Shown here piece by piece: positions 24,639-35,769 of a stretch of 64,000 nucleotides of DNA. Origin of the DNA: Brevinematales bacterium (GTDB taxonomy: Bacteria; Spirochaetota; Brevinematia; Brevinematales; JAOACQ01). The position numbers and the translations under genes are program-made. The notes under the pieces are model-generated. The model worked only from the letters and a program-made list of their open reading frames with translations. It made no database searches and was not told the DNA's origin. Every line of letters begins with the position of its first letter. Position 1 is the first letter of the stretch. The DNA is taken from positions 73,108-137,107 of the forward strand of contig JBBFLL010000002.1 of the NCBI GenBank assembly GCA_037479045.1, read 5' to 3'.

Positions 24639-25355
24639 TTACCAGTGATCAAGCATATCGTCTGGATTCTGCTTTGTTTCAGAAAACAAATCAACATCAG
24701 CAGTCATATAATCAAAATAGGTATAAAAAGGTCTTCCGAGAATATCTTCAGGTTCAAAATCAAGTCTGAAACCAATAAATGTTATACCTCTATCCTCTGT
24801 AATCTTATAATTTTCCTGTTCAATTGTATCAGGTATATTAATATTAACCTGCTTCCATCCAGTCCAGATAAGACGTTCTGATTGAATAAATCTAAGTCTA
24901 TCAAGATAATCTTTAAGAACAAGACTTAGAGAATGTTTATAGTTTCTTCCAACAACCCATATTGTTACAGTTTTAGTTATACCTTTTATTTTAATAGGTT
25001 TGGCTGGAACAATAGTTGTCCAGCTCCAATCTCTTTTCATAAATTCAACTTTTACACCCAATACATATCTATTTCTATCTGATTCAAGATCTCTCGGAGA
25101 ACCTTCTCTTCTCATTGAAGTAGCAATACCATAATCTCTTGGCATAAATGCTGTCCATTCACCAGCAGTTTCAAAATCTTCTACAAGAACAGTTTGAACA
25201 AGTTCTGTTGCTACTTTTTTATCAGATTTTTCACCTGCATTTGTGTTGATAATCTCAAGCTCACCTACTCTCTTATAATCAGAATTACCAACCTGCTGTG
25301 CAAATATAACTCCTGATATTAACAACGAAAAAATAATAATATAAATCTTTTTCAT
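24639..25355 (-). CDS. FlaA-like protein (flagellar filament outer-layer protein family-like)
   Basis: 238 aa with a signal peptide. VLGVKVEF..., WVVGRNYKHSLSLVLKDY and GWKQVNINIP resemble spirochaetal FlaA sheath proteins (memory-based). Confidence 0.55.
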   Translation of the reverse strand: MKKIYIIIFSLLISGVIFAQQVGNSDYKRVGELEIINTNAGEKSDKKVATELVQTVLVEDFETAGEWTAFMPRDYGIATSMRREGSPRDLESDRNRYVLGVKVEFMKRDWSWTTIVPAKPIKIKGITKTVTIWVVGRNYKHSLSLVLKDYLDRLRFIQSERLIWTGWKQVNINIPDTIEQENYKITEDRGITFIGFRLDFEPEDILGRPFYTYFDYMTADVDLFSETKQNPDDMLDHW

Positions 25356-25367
25356 ATTTCACCCCTT

Positions 25368-26180
25368 TTACCAGGCTTTTGTTGCAAGATCATCACCGTT
25401 AAATCTTTCAAGATATACGTCTGTTTGAACCTGCAAATAATCTAAATAGACATAAAACTGATCAACTCTTTCTGTTGGATATGACCATATCTTTATATAC
25501 TCTAGCTTTAAAGGTTTTAAAAATGGAACCCTGTTTTCAGCCTGTGGTATATATTCCGGAATCTTAGTTCTTAAATTTCGCCATCCAACAAAGTTTATAT
25601 CTCCAACATGAATTTTATGTAAGAAACCTTTATAATCAAGTAAGTAAAATTCCATCCAGTAATTGTAATTTCCTCCCCACACCCACATATCAAGACTTTT
25701 TATTACTCCAATAAGTGGTAAAGCCTCTTTCTTAGCTTCAATTGTATTATCTGGTCTTCCATCAGAACCAACAATACTTTTCCCCTCTGTTTTAGCAGTA
25801 TAGATTTCTATCCAGTTATATCCTTTCTTAATAAACTGGGCTTTGATACCAAGAGACCACTTTTGTCTTACATCTACTTCTTGAGGAAGACCAAGTGGTT
25901 TTGCTTCAAAGTATTTTGCATCACAGGCATTTGTATCCCATGTGCTCATTTCTTTGTTAGGATCAGCTGGCTTTGCATATCTAGAAAATTTAACCTTCCA
26001 TACAATACCATTTGTCTGATCCTTTTCATCTCCAAAGTCAGAAACTGTAAATGTCTGAAGATTAATGGTTTCTCTACCTCTTTCAGAAAAACCAAAAGAA
26101 AAAACCAAATTATTAGACAGCAAAATCAAAGCTAAGGACAACAAAAGACCAAAAAAATTCAACCTTCCTTTGTATTTCAT
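25368..26180 (-). CDS. FlaA-like protein, second tandem paralog
   Basis: 270 aa with a signal peptide. WVWGGNYNYWMEFYLLDYKG and VGWRNLRTKIP parallel the motifs of the neighbouring paralog. Confidence 0.55.
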   Translation of the reverse strand: MKYKGRLNFFGLLLSLALILLSNNLVFSFGFSERGRETINLQTFTVSDFGDEKDQTNGIVWKVKFSRYAKPADPNKEMSTWDTNACDAKYFEAKPLGLPQEVDVRQKWSLGIKAQFIKKGYNWIEIYTAKTEGKSIVGSDGRPDNTIEAKKEALPLIGVIKSLDMWVWGGNYNYWMEFYLLDYKGFLHKIHVGDINFVGWRNLRTKIPEYIPQAENRVPFLKPLKLEYIKIWSYPTERVDQFYVYLDYLQVQTDVYLERFNGDDLATKAW

Positions 26181-26204
26181 ATGCCTCTCCTTAGAACTTT
26201 TTTT

Positions 26205-26564
26205 TTAAAACAAAACTTTATCTATTTTGTTATTTTCTCCAATCAATACAACCTTTGGCTTAAAGTTTTTAGCTTCTTCACTGGTTAACAATGCAAAGGC
26301 TGCTATTATAACCTTATCACCTTTCTGGTTCAAATGTGCTCCTGCTCCATTAAGACAAATTACTCCACTACCCCTTTCTCCCGGTATAGCGTAAGTAATA
26401 AGTCTTGACCCATTAGTTATATTCCACACATGAACCTGTTCATATGGAAGAATATTTGCTTCTTCCATCAAAATTTCATCTATCGTAACACTACCTACAT
26501 AATCTAAATTGGTTTCTGTAACTACAGCTCTGTGAATTTTAGATTTCAAAATATTCAGCAACAT
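26205..26564 (-). CDS. panD: Aspartate 1-decarboxylase
   Basis: 119 aa. [30 protein letters not shown] includes the Gly-Ser self-processing site. Confidence 0.95.
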   Translation of the reverse strand: MLLNILKSKIHRAVVTETNLDYVGSVTIDEILMEEANILPYEQVHVWNITNGSRLITYAIPGERGSGVICLNGAGAHLNQKGDKVIIAAFALLTSEEAKNFKPKVVLIGENNKIDKVLF

Positions 26565-26607
26565 AGTATCCTTATTTTAATATACATCGCAAAATAAGTA
26601 AAGAGTT

Positions 26608-27288
26608 TTAATATAATTTTATATAAAAATCTTTACTTCCCCAGTACCTTTCTATTGTGTCTATCACCTCTCCATTTTTATCTTTCACCACAAATTTTAC
26701 ATATATGCTATAATTTCCCGGATCAAGAAAATCTCCATCAATATTTTTAGCATTCCAGTATTTTGTAAGCTGAGCCTGACCATTTATAACTTCAATATTA
26801 TTTACATTATACACAAGATATTTTTTTGAACTTTCTTTTGAAACAGCATATACATAAAAATTTACATTCTTAGCTCTTGTAGATTTAGGAACAACTACCA
26901 TAGTAAGTTTTAAGAATTTTCTTGGTGAAACACTCTGTCCTGAATTATCATTACCGACTATAATATATGTGCCGGCTTTCTTTGAGACTTTTGTCTGTTT
27001 TTCTTCTTTTACAGCAATTCCTTCATCTTTTATCTTCATCTTTTCAAGTTGCTTAATATCCTCGGCAATCTTTTCGACTTCATCAGTTTTCTTTGTAAGA
27101 TTTGTATTTGTAACTTCTTCAGTAATATTTTCCTCTACTACAAGATTTGTATTTGTTGTTGTAATAGCCTCATTTTGTTTGAGTAATTCTGTAAGAAAAT
27201 CGTTATCTTTTGCTTCTTCCTTTTTCTTATCGCAGCCACCAATAACAAAGAAAGCTATAGCAATTAATAAAATTAAAACTCTTTTCAT
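26608..27288 (-). CDS. Lipoprotein, function unknown (C-terminal Ig-like/FlgD-Ig-like by eye)
   Basis: 226 aa. Lipobox VIGGC, a low-complexity acidic linker, and a C-terminal beta-rich domain (GNYSIYVKFVVKDKNGE). Confidence 0.45.
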   Translation of the reverse strand: MKRVLILLIAIAFFVIGGCDKKKEEAKDNDFLTELLKQNEAITTTNTNLVVEENITEEVTNTNLTKKTDEVEKIAEDIKQLEKMKIKDEGIAVKEEKQTKVSKKAGTYIIVGNDNSGQSVSPRKFLKLTMVVVPKSTRAKNVNFYVYAVSKESSKKYLVYNVNNIEVINGQAQLTKYWNAKNIDGDFLDPGNYSIYVKFVVKDKNGEVIDTIERYWGSKDFYIKLY

Positions 27289-27300
27289 TTTTCCTCCTGC

Positions 27301-28575
27301 TTAATCAACACCAATAGAAGAATATCTATAGGAAAACAACAATAATCCACCCGGTATCTGTGGTGAAAAACAAAAACTTTGAGGTTCAAATATTTTATTT
27401 TGATCAATCATATTAGTTACTTTTTCTTTATTTACTCCATTTATAAAAAATGCACCTTCAATTTCTCCACTTTTTACAACATCAAATGGAGTTTCATAGT
27501 CATGAAAATAACTTACATCAACTTTATTGAATTTTGAAATAATAGTTTGGTTAAAAATATCACTATCAAGTGTATCTGAATTTGCCGGTTTGTTATAAGT
27601 AAGTATAAAATATTTATTTCCAGCTCCTTTATGATAAAAACCAAAACTTATTAGTCCCTTTTTTCTATTTTCTTCTATTAAAAAATTAATTTTTTTTCTT
27701 GCAATTAATTCTTCTTTTGGATTGTTAAATTGTATTAAAGCAAATTTATAATCACTGGATAGAGTTTTTAATATATCTGTTATTGACATACCAAAACTTT
27801 TTATTCCTCTATGAACTGGATTAATAAAAATTGCCTCATCATAAAAATTAAAAAAACATGAAAGAACATAATTAAATGGTTCTTTTCCAGTATATTTTGA
27901 TCCTAATTCTTCTTTCTTTTCTTTCATATATTTTAAGGAGGCTTCATATCTACTATGCCCATCTATAAGATAAAGAGAACTATTTTCAAAAAAGTTCTTA
28001 ATTTCTGAAGATACGTTCTGGTCATCAATTTCATAAACTTTATAGATATTTTTCATAAATTCAACATAAAACTTTTCTTTTTTACCAGAAATGAAATCTT
28101 TAATTTTTGTATTTAATTCTTTATTTTGATCCTTATAGATAAAACATACTGGCTCTGGATTTGTCTGTGTTTCTTTGATTAAAGTGTATCTTTCATTAAG
28201 CTGTTCTTCAGTGATTTTTTGGTTTTTCTTTAATTTATCATTATAATCCTCAAGTTTCATTAGGCTGAAGATTCCATAATGAGTATAGTTTATACCCTCT
28301 ATTTTTCTCTGAACTTCTAAAATGTAGAAAAATGGTTTTTTATCAATAACTAAAACATCTCTCAATAACCAACCAAAAAATTTGTTTACGGCGTTTTTGT
28401 ATTTTTCACCATTTCCGTCTGGAGAAATAAGATATGAAAAATTATTAACTTCTTCCTTAAGTTTTGACTTGATAGAATCAGTCATAATGTCAGAGGAAGG
28501 AGAAATTAAAAGATCAAATCTCGTGAATTTTTCAGGATTATAGTAAACGCCGGAAAAAGGCAACACCTTTGCCAT
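27301..28575 (-). CDS. DUF1015 family protein
   Basis: 424 aa. The N-terminal MAKVLPFSGVYYNPEK and DGHSRYEAS patterns are typical of DUF1015. Confidence 0.6.
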   Translation of the reverse strand: MAKVLPFSGVYYNPEKFTRFDLLISPSSDIMTDSIKSKLKEEVNNFSYLISPDGNGEKYKNAVNKFFGWLLRDVLVIDKKPFFYILEVQRKIEGINYTHYGIFSLMKLEDYNDKLKKNQKITEEQLNERYTLIKETQTNPEPVCFIYKDQNKELNTKIKDFISGKKEKFYVEFMKNIYKVYEIDDQNVSSEIKNFFENSSLYLIDGHSRYEASLKYMKEKKEELGSKYTGKEPFNYVLSCFFNFYDEAIFINPVHRGIKSFGMSITDILKTLSSDYKFALIQFNNPKEELIARKKINFLIEENRKKGLISFGFYHKGAGNKYFILTYNKPANSDTLDSDIFNQTIISKFNKVDVSYFHDYETPFDVVKSGEIEGAFFINGVNKEKVTNMIDQNKIFEPQSFCFSPQIPGGLLLFSYRYSSIGVD

Positions 28576-28664
28576 GGGATCCCCTTTATAAAAAGTGTTA
28601 TTATATTTTATCGGTCAATTATAACATAAAAATAAAGAATTTAACATTTTTTTGTTATAGAATT

Positions 28665-31202
28665 TTAACTTCCTTCTTTATTATCAAACAAAGTTAATTC
28701 CTTTTTTTTCTTCGATTGCGTTTTTGCTTTTTGTTGTTTTAATTCTTTGTTGAGTTCAAATTTTATTTTATCATTTTCAATTAAAACCTTTAATTCTTTT
28801 ATTGAATTATTTGCAAAAAAATCTTCGTTTATACTTATTAAGTAATCTGTCATTGGAATTTCAATAAATTTATTAATTGCTCTTTGAAGAGAACGGGCAC
28901 CATATTTTTTATCATATCCATTTGACACAACATATTCTTTAACATCATCGTTTACCTTAAGTAATATTTTATTGTGTGATAGAGTTTCATTTAATTCTTT
29001 TATCATCTTGTCTACAATATAGATAAGACTTTTATCTTCAAGTTCATTAAAGACGACTACTTCATCAATTCTATTAAGAAGTTCCGGCTTGAAAATTTTC
29101 TTTAACTCTTCCAAAAATACTTCTTTATCCTTTTCTGTTTCCTTAGAACTGAAGAATCCAAGATGTTCTTTTCCCGATATTCTATCTGAACCAATGTTAG
29201 ATGTTAAAATTATAACAGTATTTCTGAAATCAACGACATTCCCGAAACTGTCAGTCAGCCTTCCCTCATCAAGGATTTGAAGTAATATATTAAAAATATC
29301 AGGGTGAGCTTTCTCAATTTCATCAAATAAAACAACAGAATATGGCTTTCTTCTTATTTTTTCTGTAAGAATTCCACCTGTTTCATATCCAACATAACCG
29401 GGAGGTGCTCCTATAATTCTTGAGATTTGAAACTTTTCCATATATTCTGACATATCAAGCTGAACAAGATCATCCTCAGAACCAAACATAAACTTAGCAA
29501 GTGCTTTTGCTAGGGCAGTTTTACCCACTCCAGTTGGACCTAAAAAGACAAAACTTCCCATAGGTTTTTTGGGCTTTCTTATACCAGCAACACTTTTCTT
29601 TATACAATCAGAAATAGCTTTTATAGCTTCATCCTGACCTATTATACTTTTCTTAAGTTCATCTTCTATAAAAAGGTATTTATTCTTATCTACTCCTTTA
29701 TCCAGAACGGAAATTGGTATACCTGTCATAAATGATAAGACTTCTTCTATTTCTTTTCTATCTATAACTGCTTTTTCTTTACCTGTGAAATTCTTTTGCC
29801 ATTTTTTAAATTCTCTCAAGTATTCTTTTTTTACGATTTCTATTTCATCTCTTAAAAATGCGGCTTTCTCAAAATCCTGAAGATTTATAAAGAAATTTTT
29901 ATTTTCTTCAAGTTGCTTTAACCTCATCTCAACTTCTATAAACTTAGCTGGTTTATCAAGAAGTTTACTTCCCCAATAAGCACCAGCTTCATCCATAAGA
30001 TCTATTGCTTTATCAGGCAATCTTCTTTCAGGCAAAAATCTGCTTGATAGATAAACAACTGATGATATTGCATCCTCTGTGTAAACAACATTATGAAATT
30101 CTTCATATTTTGACTTTATTTGATTTAAGATCTTTATTGTATCCTCAATTGATGGTTCATTTATAATAACAGGTTGAAATCTCCTTACTAAAGCCTTATC
30201 TTTTTCTATTTTCTTTCTGTATTCTTCAAATGTAGTAGCTCCTATACAATGTATGTTTCCCCTTGCTAATGCTGGTTTAAGCATATTAGATGCATCAAGG
30301 GCTCCTTCTGAATTTCCAGCTCCAAGTATAGTGTGAATTTCGTCAATAAAAATAACTAAATTTTCTGATTCCTCAACTTCTTTTAGTATATTCTTAATTC
30401 TTTCTTCAAATTCTCCTCTGTATTTTGTTCCAGCAACTATTAATCCTACATCAAGAAGCAAAATCTGCTTCTTTTTGATTCTATCTGGAACACTTCCCAT
30501 AACGATTCTCTGGGCAAGACCTTCGACTACGGCAGTTTTTCCAACTCCAGCATCTCCTATTAAAATTGGGTTGTTTTTTTGCCTTCTTGATAGAATCTGT
30601 ATTAATCTTTGTATTTCTTGCTCTCTTCCTATTACTGGTTCAAGTTTATTCTGAAGTGCAAGATTATTTAAATTTTTAGAGAATTTATCAAGAAAAGGTG
30701 TTTTTGTATTCTTTTTACCAAGACTCTTTTGAACAATATCTATTTCGCCATGTCCTACAAGTTTAATAATTTCCTGTCTTAATATTGCAACATCAATGCC
30801 TCTATTTTTTAAAAAAACAGGTAGAATAGCCGCATTTTCAGGTTCAGAACATAATGCCAGAAGAATATGTTCAGTACCTATGTAGTTATGTCCAATTTCT
30901 AAAGCTTCTTCTTTTGCAAGATTGATTATATTTTTAAATCTTGTGGATTGAGGAAGTTTACCCAGTATGAAGATTTGACTTGACTTAAGTCTTATTGTAG
31001 TTTCGACCTCTCTCTTTAAATCTTCTATGTCTACACCAAGTCTTCTTAAAGCCTTTATACCGAAGCCTTCCCCTTCTCTCACAAGTCCAAGAAAAATATG
31101 TTCAGGCAAAATCTCAGGAGAAGATAACCTTCTTGCTTCTTGAGCCGCAAGTATTGAAATAACTTTTTGGGCTCTTGGAGTAAAACCTGTAAAATCTTCC
31201 AT
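28665..31202 (-). CDS. clpC: ATP-dependent Clp protease ATP-binding subunit ClpC
   Basis: 845 aa. Clp_N repeats and two AAA+ modules (GDAGVGKTA; [15 protein letters not shown]). Encoded downstream of mcsA/mcsB. Confidence 0.9.
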   Translation of the reverse strand: MEDFTGFTPRAQKVISILAAQEARRLSSPEILPEHIFLGLVREGEGFGIKALRRLGVDIEDLKREVETTIRLKSSQIFILGKLPQSTRFKNIINLAKEEALEIGHNYIGTEHILLALCSEPENAAILPVFLKNRGIDVAILRQEIIKLVGHGEIDIVQKSLGKKNTKTPFLDKFSKNLNNLALQNKLEPVIGREQEIQRLIQILSRRQKNNPILIGDAGVGKTAVVEGLAQRIVMGSVPDRIKKKQILLLDVGLIVAGTKYRGEFEERIKNILKEVEESENLVIFIDEIHTILGAGNSEGALDASNMLKPALARGNIHCIGATTFEEYRKKIEKDKALVRRFQPVIINEPSIEDTIKILNQIKSKYEEFHNVVYTEDAISSVVYLSSRFLPERRLPDKAIDLMDEAGAYWGSKLLDKPAKFIEVEMRLKQLEENKNFFINLQDFEKAAFLRDEIEIVKKEYLREFKKWQKNFTGKEKAVIDRKEIEEVLSFMTGIPISVLDKGVDKNKYLFIEDELKKSIIGQDEAIKAISDCIKKSVAGIRKPKKPMGSFVFLGPTGVGKTALAKALAKFMFGSEDDLVQLDMSEYMEKFQISRIIGAPPGYVGYETGGILTEKIRRKPYSVVLFDEIEKAHPDIFNILLQILDEGRLTDSFGNVVDFRNTVIILTSNIGSDRISGKEHLGFFSSKETEKDKEVFLEELKKIFKPELLNRIDEVVVFNELEDKSLIYIVDKMIKELNETLSHNKILLKVNDDVKEYVVSNGYDKKYGARSLQRAINKFIEIPMTDYLISINEDFFANNSIKELKVLIENDKIKFELNKELKQQKAKTQSKKKKELTLFDNKEGS

Positions 31203-31213
31203 AAATAGATCCT

Positions 31214-32248
31214 TTAAATAAAAGCCTTTTTAAACTTAACTAAATTGATCAACTTTTTAAGTAAATAAACCCTGAAACTATCAAAATCAGAATCTTTTAT
31301 TCCCGTCTTATATTTAAGATAATCATCAGTACCAATAAAAACAAGATTTTTCATATAATTTATATCATCGACATAATAAGCCTGTTTGTTGAGAAGGTCA
31401 ACAAGAGCAATATATTCAACAAAATCAGTGTAATTTATTTTATCGAGTTTTTTAAGCCCAAGTATCTTATCAAAGACTTTTCTTAATTTTTCCTGATTAA
31501 AGAAGATAAAGCGTTCTCGACATTCCTTCTCAAGTTTTATTATTTTTATAAGCGTTTCTTCAAACTCTTCTATCATTTCTTCTTCTGAAAGGCCAAGCGA
31601 ATAAGAATTTGAGATAAAAAATAGTGGTATATTTGAAGATATGAATGGCTGAATAGAATATGAAATCTCTTTTAATAAAGCTTTCACTTCTTCTATTTTT
31701 CCAGCAAACATTATACCACTGAGATTAATAAGAACAGAAATTTTTAATGCTGTTCCAACATTAAAAATTGAGCTTGTAAGATAACCAAATTCTTCATCAT
31801 AAGCAAAATCAATATTGTTTTCAATATCTTCTAAAAATTTAATAAGCCTGTGATAGATCGAAGAAACATTATAACCATTTTCAATCGAAAAAATCTTTAT
31901 ATGATCCTCTTCATTCAGTAAAATGACAAGTTCACCATTTTTTTTATAACCAAAAATCCTACCGTTTCTTAAAAAATCTGTTGTTAAAACTTTATTAGAT
32001 AGATATACCAGCACTTCTGCTTTACTAAGTTCACCTATTCTTACAAATTCAATGTCGTTATTATTTCTTTTAAATTCTTCAACTATTTTATCTTCTATTT
32101 CTATAGCAGATTTTTCGTCAAGAAAAAAAGAAAATTTCAAACCATCAATATTTCTGGAAATCCTTACTCTCGAAGAAAATATATAATCATCGAGCGGGTT
32201 TTTCCTTCTGTTTTGTTTCTTCGGAAGTTCAATATAATTCATCTTCAT
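31214..32248 (-). CDS. mcsB: Protein arginine kinase (ATP:guanido phosphotransferase)
   Basis: 344 aa. NEEDHIKIF motif and the conserved mcsA-mcsB-clpC order. Confidence 0.8.
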   Translation of the reverse strand: MKMNYIELPKKQNRRKNPLDDYIFSSRVRISRNIDGLKFSFFLDEKSAIEIEDKIVEEFKRNNNDIEFVRIGELSKAEVLVYLSNKVLTTDFLRNGRIFGYKKNGELVILLNEEDHIKIFSIENGYNVSSIYHRLIKFLEDIENNIDFAYDEEFGYLTSSIFNVGTALKISVLINLSGIMFAGKIEEVKALLKEISYSIQPFISSNIPLFFISNSYSLGLSEEEMIEEFEETLIKIIKLEKECRERFIFFNQEKLRKVFDKILGLKKLDKINYTDFVEYIALVDLLNKQAYYVDDINYMKNLVFIGTDDYLKYKTGIKDSDFDSFRVYLLKKLINLVKFKKAFI

Positions 32249-32813
32249 AATTTATCGGGCAGGTTCCTATAAGTTTTTCAAGTCTTTTTTTTACCTTCAT
32301 TGCTTCTTCAAAATTTTCAGAAAGTATCAATCTTTTTATTTTATTGCTTAAGTATTGAATTTCTTTTTTTATTAAGAATAATTTTACATACTTCTTTGGC
32401 ATAATTCCCTTATGCTGAATTCCTCTTTCAAACTCAAATATATAATCCTTTATGCCTTTCCTGAAGGTAGAATAACAATATTGACAACCAAGATACCCAC
32501 TTTCAAGAAAATTCTTAAATGAAATACCACAATTAGGACAGGTAGTGGTTGAACCCTCTTTATCCTGAGCAACTGCCTCTATTCCGTTTATCAGATAACC
32601 TATCAAATTTTTAACTTCATTGAGAGATGCAAGCATTTTATCATCAACGTAGCTAAAATCAACATTTCCATTTGATGTTTCAAGATATTTCAATGCACAT
32701 CGAGCACAAAAGCCCTTTTCTTCAACAGAATTTTCCTTCACAATTTTAAAAAAAACAAGAGCTTCTTCTTTGCCACAGACACTGCATTTTCTGTTATTTT
32801 TATTTTCTGCCAT
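32229..32813 (-). CDS. mcsA: McsA-like activator (zinc-finger + UVR domain protein)
   Basis: 194 aa. CxxC pairs (CSVCG...CARC; CPNCG...CQYC) and a C-terminal UVR-like segment. 20-nt overlap with mcsB. Confidence 0.7.
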   Translation of the reverse strand: MAENKNNRKCSVCGKEEALVFFKIVKENSVEEKGFCARCALKYLETSNGNVDFSYVDDKMLASLNEVKNLIGYLINGIEAVAQDKEGSTTTCPNCGISFKNFLESGYLGCQYCYSTFRKGIKDYIFEFERGIQHKGIMPKKYVKLFLIKKEIQYLSNKIKRLILSENFEEAMKVKKRLEKLIGTCPINYEDELY

Positions 32814-32869
32814 AAAACTACCTTTATTACAGTAATATTATAATACAATTCAAAGATTAAGTAAAGCAG

Positions 32870-33622
32870 TTATTTTAAAAACTTTTCATATTTCCATCTT
32901 GAAGACTGAAATTTTATAAAAAAGATAGAAATAAGAAAGACAATAAGGCCACCATAGAAATGAGAAGCAATTTGATTTTCAAATTTACTCAAATACAAAT
33001 ATAAAAATATAATAGGAAAAATAAGCATTCCAGCAATTTGCTGAGCGGCAATAAAGGTTTTTGTTCCAGAAGAAATCCACACAATAATCGAAATAAATAG
33101 AAAAAGAAAAGAAGGAATAAACCAGAAGATAAATAAAACCCATTTCAAATCTGGAAATGAAATCTCTCCATATATTTTTAAGGAAAAAAAGTTAACTATA
33201 ATACAAAATAATATAAAAAATATCAATATTATAAACATTACCATTGAAAAAATAGTGAAAATCTTTGAAATAAACAAATCACTAATCTTAATAGGAGTAT
33301 AGAAAATACTTTCAATAGTTTGTCCTTCCTTTTCAGCAACAAAAGAAGATGCCGAAAAAATACTACTTAAAGTAAGTGAAACAATCAAAAAATAGAGTGG
33401 AAAAATTCCATTTATTGCATAATTAAAATTAATTTTTGATTCTTCAAGTAGAGTAGCAACAGAGGAATCTTTTGAAATATATAAAGCAAAGAGAGTTGTT
33501 AAAGGGAAAATAATAAGCATAATAAATGGTAAAATAAGAGATGGAATTATAACCTGTGGATTTGAGAAGGTTTCTTTAAATTCTTTCTTAAAAATAACAA
33601 GAAAATATCCAATCAATTTCAT
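32870..33622 (-). CDS. ABC-2 type transporter permease
   Basis: 250 aa with 6 predicted TM. 4-nt overlap with the upstream ATPase gene. Confidence 0.65.
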   Translation of the reverse strand: MKLIGYFLVIFKKEFKETFSNPQVIIPSLILPFIMLIIFPLTTLFALYISKDSSVATLLEESKINFNYAINGIFPLYFLIVSLTLSSIFSASSFVAEKEGQTIESIFYTPIKISDLFISKIFTIFSMVMFIILIFFILFCIIVNFFSLKIYGEISFPDLKWVLFIFWFIPSFLFLFISIIVWISSGTKTFIAAQQIAGMLIFPIIFLYLYLSKFENQIASHFYGGLIVFLISIFFIKFQSSRWKYEKFLK

Positions 33623-34536
33623 AAGTTGTCCTTATTAAAAGAAAAATAGATTTTTTCAAGATTCCAGTGTTCTATCTTTGCCTCATAAATTTTGCCACCA
33701 TTAACTACCCATTTATGAATGCAATCTGCGACAAATTCATCAATATTATTTTTATTTTCTGGATAAAGATAAAACAAATTTTTTTGAATTTCATTTACTT
33801 TAATTTCTAAAGATTTTGGTTTAATTCCCCTTATTTTAAGATATAGAGAATCTGGAAATTTTTTGATTAAATCATCAAGTGTTCCAGAAGCAATAAGCTT
33901 ACCCTCTCTGAGAAGGCCAAAAATATCACATATCTCCTCTGCTTCTTTGAGAAGATGGGTAGATAAAAATACTGTGCTACCTATCTCCTTTACAAGTTCT
34001 TTTATCAATTCTTTCACCATAGAAGTTGTTTCTGGATCAAGACCAGTTGTTGGTTCATCAAGGAATATTAATAGTGGTTTATGAATTAAAGCTATAGCTA
34101 AAGCTATTCTTTTTTTCATTCCCGTGCTCATATCTTTAACTTTTTTGTTCCAGAAGGAAGAAAGTTCAAGCCTATTTTCTATCCAATCAAGATTTGAATT
34201 AAGCAGATTTTTATTTAAACCTCTCAAAGAAGCAAAAAATAATATGTTATCTTTACCAGATAGATTTTTATAAAGAGAAGCTGTTTCAGTTAAAACACCA
34301 GAAATTGTATGCACATAAGTAGCATTTTCGTATACATCTTTTCCTGAAATTTTTACTTTTCCATTTTCTACTGGAAGTATTGCGTTTATTATCCTTATAG
34401 TGGTAGTTTTTCCAGCTCCGTTTGGTCCTAAAAAGCCAAAAATCTTCTCTTCTGGAATACTTAAGGTTATGCCTTTCAAAACCTTTTTGTTTTTATAACT
34501 GAATTCGACATTTTCAAGTTCTATAATATCTTGCAT
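33619..34536 (-). CDS. ABC transporter ATP-binding protein
   Basis: 305 aa. Walker A GPNGAGKTT, signature MSTGMKKR, Walker B LIFLDEPTTGLD. Confidence 0.9.
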   Translation of the reverse strand: MQDIIELENVEFSYKNKKVLKGITLSIPEEKIFGFLGPNGAGKTTTIRIINAILPVENGKVKISGKDVYENATYVHTISGVLTETASLYKNLSGKDNILFFASLRGLNKNLLNSNLDWIENRLELSSFWNKKVKDMSTGMKKRIALAIALIHKPLLIFLDEPTTGLDPETTSMVKELIKELVKEIGSTVFLSTHLLKEAEEICDIFGLLREGKLIASGTLDDLIKKFPDSLYLKIRGIKPKSLEIKVNEIQKNLFYLYPENKNNIDEFVADCIHKWVVNGGKIYEAKIEHWNLEKIYFSFNKDNL

Positions 34537-34620
34537 AATAATATTATAAAATGAACAAGATAAAATGTAAAAAAGTTTAAATAATAATTAAAATATGCTA
34601 TAATCTTAACTAGAGATATT

Positions 34621-35769
34621 ATGAAAATACTATATATATGGCATGCAGCCGTAGAAAAAAACTATCGTAAACTTCTGGCCAGAATGGCAGATGATCACGA
34701 AGTCATACTTGCTACCTCTCATAGATGGTATGAAAGTTCAAAAGATCAATATTTCACTTATGTTCCTGAGATAGATAGCAAGTTGAAAATATTTAAGTTT
34801 TTTGCGGTGTTTCATAACCACATAAGATCATTTTTTTACCCTAATGTTTTTAAAATGATTCTTGTATTATTACAAAAACCCGAAGTTATTTACCTTAAAG
34901 AAGAACCATATTCATTAAATGCCTTTCAATGGGTATTTTTAGCAAAAATTTTCTCAAAAAAATCAAAGATAGTAATAGAAAGCGATGAAAATCTTATGGT
35001 TAAACATCCTTTTATATTTATCTGGGTTGAAAAATTCGTCCTTAAAAAAATTGATGCTCTTGCCTGTGTGCCTACTAAGGGTATTGAATTATACAGGTCA
35101 AAAGGATTCAATAAAAAAATCTTTAAAACCTTTTACTTTTACAATGAAGAAATTTTTAAGCCTATCGATAGAGAATTGGCCTTCAAACAACTGGGAATAG
35201 AAAAAAAAGATAGTTTATACATTGGTTATGCTGGAAGAATAACAGAAGAAAAAGGTATAGAAGATTTGATTGAAGCATTTTTAATTATATCAAAAGAAAA
35301 TAAAAAAATATTTCTCTTGATAGCAGGCAAAGGAACAAAAGAATACGAAGAAAAAATAAAAAAGATTATTGTTGAAAACAGAATAGAGGATAAAGTGAAA
35401 TTCTTAGGCTCTTTACCCATAGAAAAACTTATCTATTTCTATAATGCTATAGATGTTTTTGTATTACCGTCTCATTCTACATCTTGGTGGATTGAACAAT
35501 TTGGCAGAGTAATTGTAGAAGCAATGGCGTGCGGCACTCCAGTGGTTGGTTCTTCATCTGGAGAAATCCCGATTGTAATAAACAATAAAGAATTAATCTA
35601 CGAAGAAAAAAACATTACAGAACTTGCAAATATCATAAGGAAATTTTCAACAAATGAATTTTCAAAAGAAAAATTCCTTAACTTCACTATGTCAGAAGCA
35701 AAAAAGTACTCACTTGAAGAAGTTAAGAAAAACAAGGTTGATATTATGGAGGAGATGTTTAAAGATTAG
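34621..35769 (+). CDS. Glycosyltransferase family 4 (GT-B)
   Basis: 382 aa. EQFGRVIVEAMACGTPVVGSSSGEIP, the E-x7-E region. Confidence 0.85.
   Translation: MKILYIWHAAVEKNYRKLLARMADDHEVILATSHRWYESSKDQYFTYVPEIDSKLKIFKFFAVFHNHIRSFFYPNVFKMILVLLQKPEVIYLKEEPYSLNAFQWVFLAKIFSKKSKIVIESDENLMVKHPFIFIWVEKFVLKKIDALACVPTKGIELYRSKGFNKKIFKTFYFYNEEIFKPIDRELAFKQLGIEKKDSLYIGYAGRITEEKGIEDLIEAFLIISKENKKIFLLIAGKGTKEYEEKIKKIIVENRIEDKVKFLGSLPIEKLIYFYNAIDVFVLPSHSTSWWIEQFGRVIVEAMACGTPVVGSSSGEIPIVINNKELIYEEKNITELANIIRKFSTNEFSKEKFLNFTMSEAKKYSLEEVKKNKVDIMEEMFKD

Noticed and set aside
32814-32869. CtsR operator (GGTCAAA direct repeat) upstream of mcsA.
   Set aside because: The heptad is not present in this 56-nt spacer.
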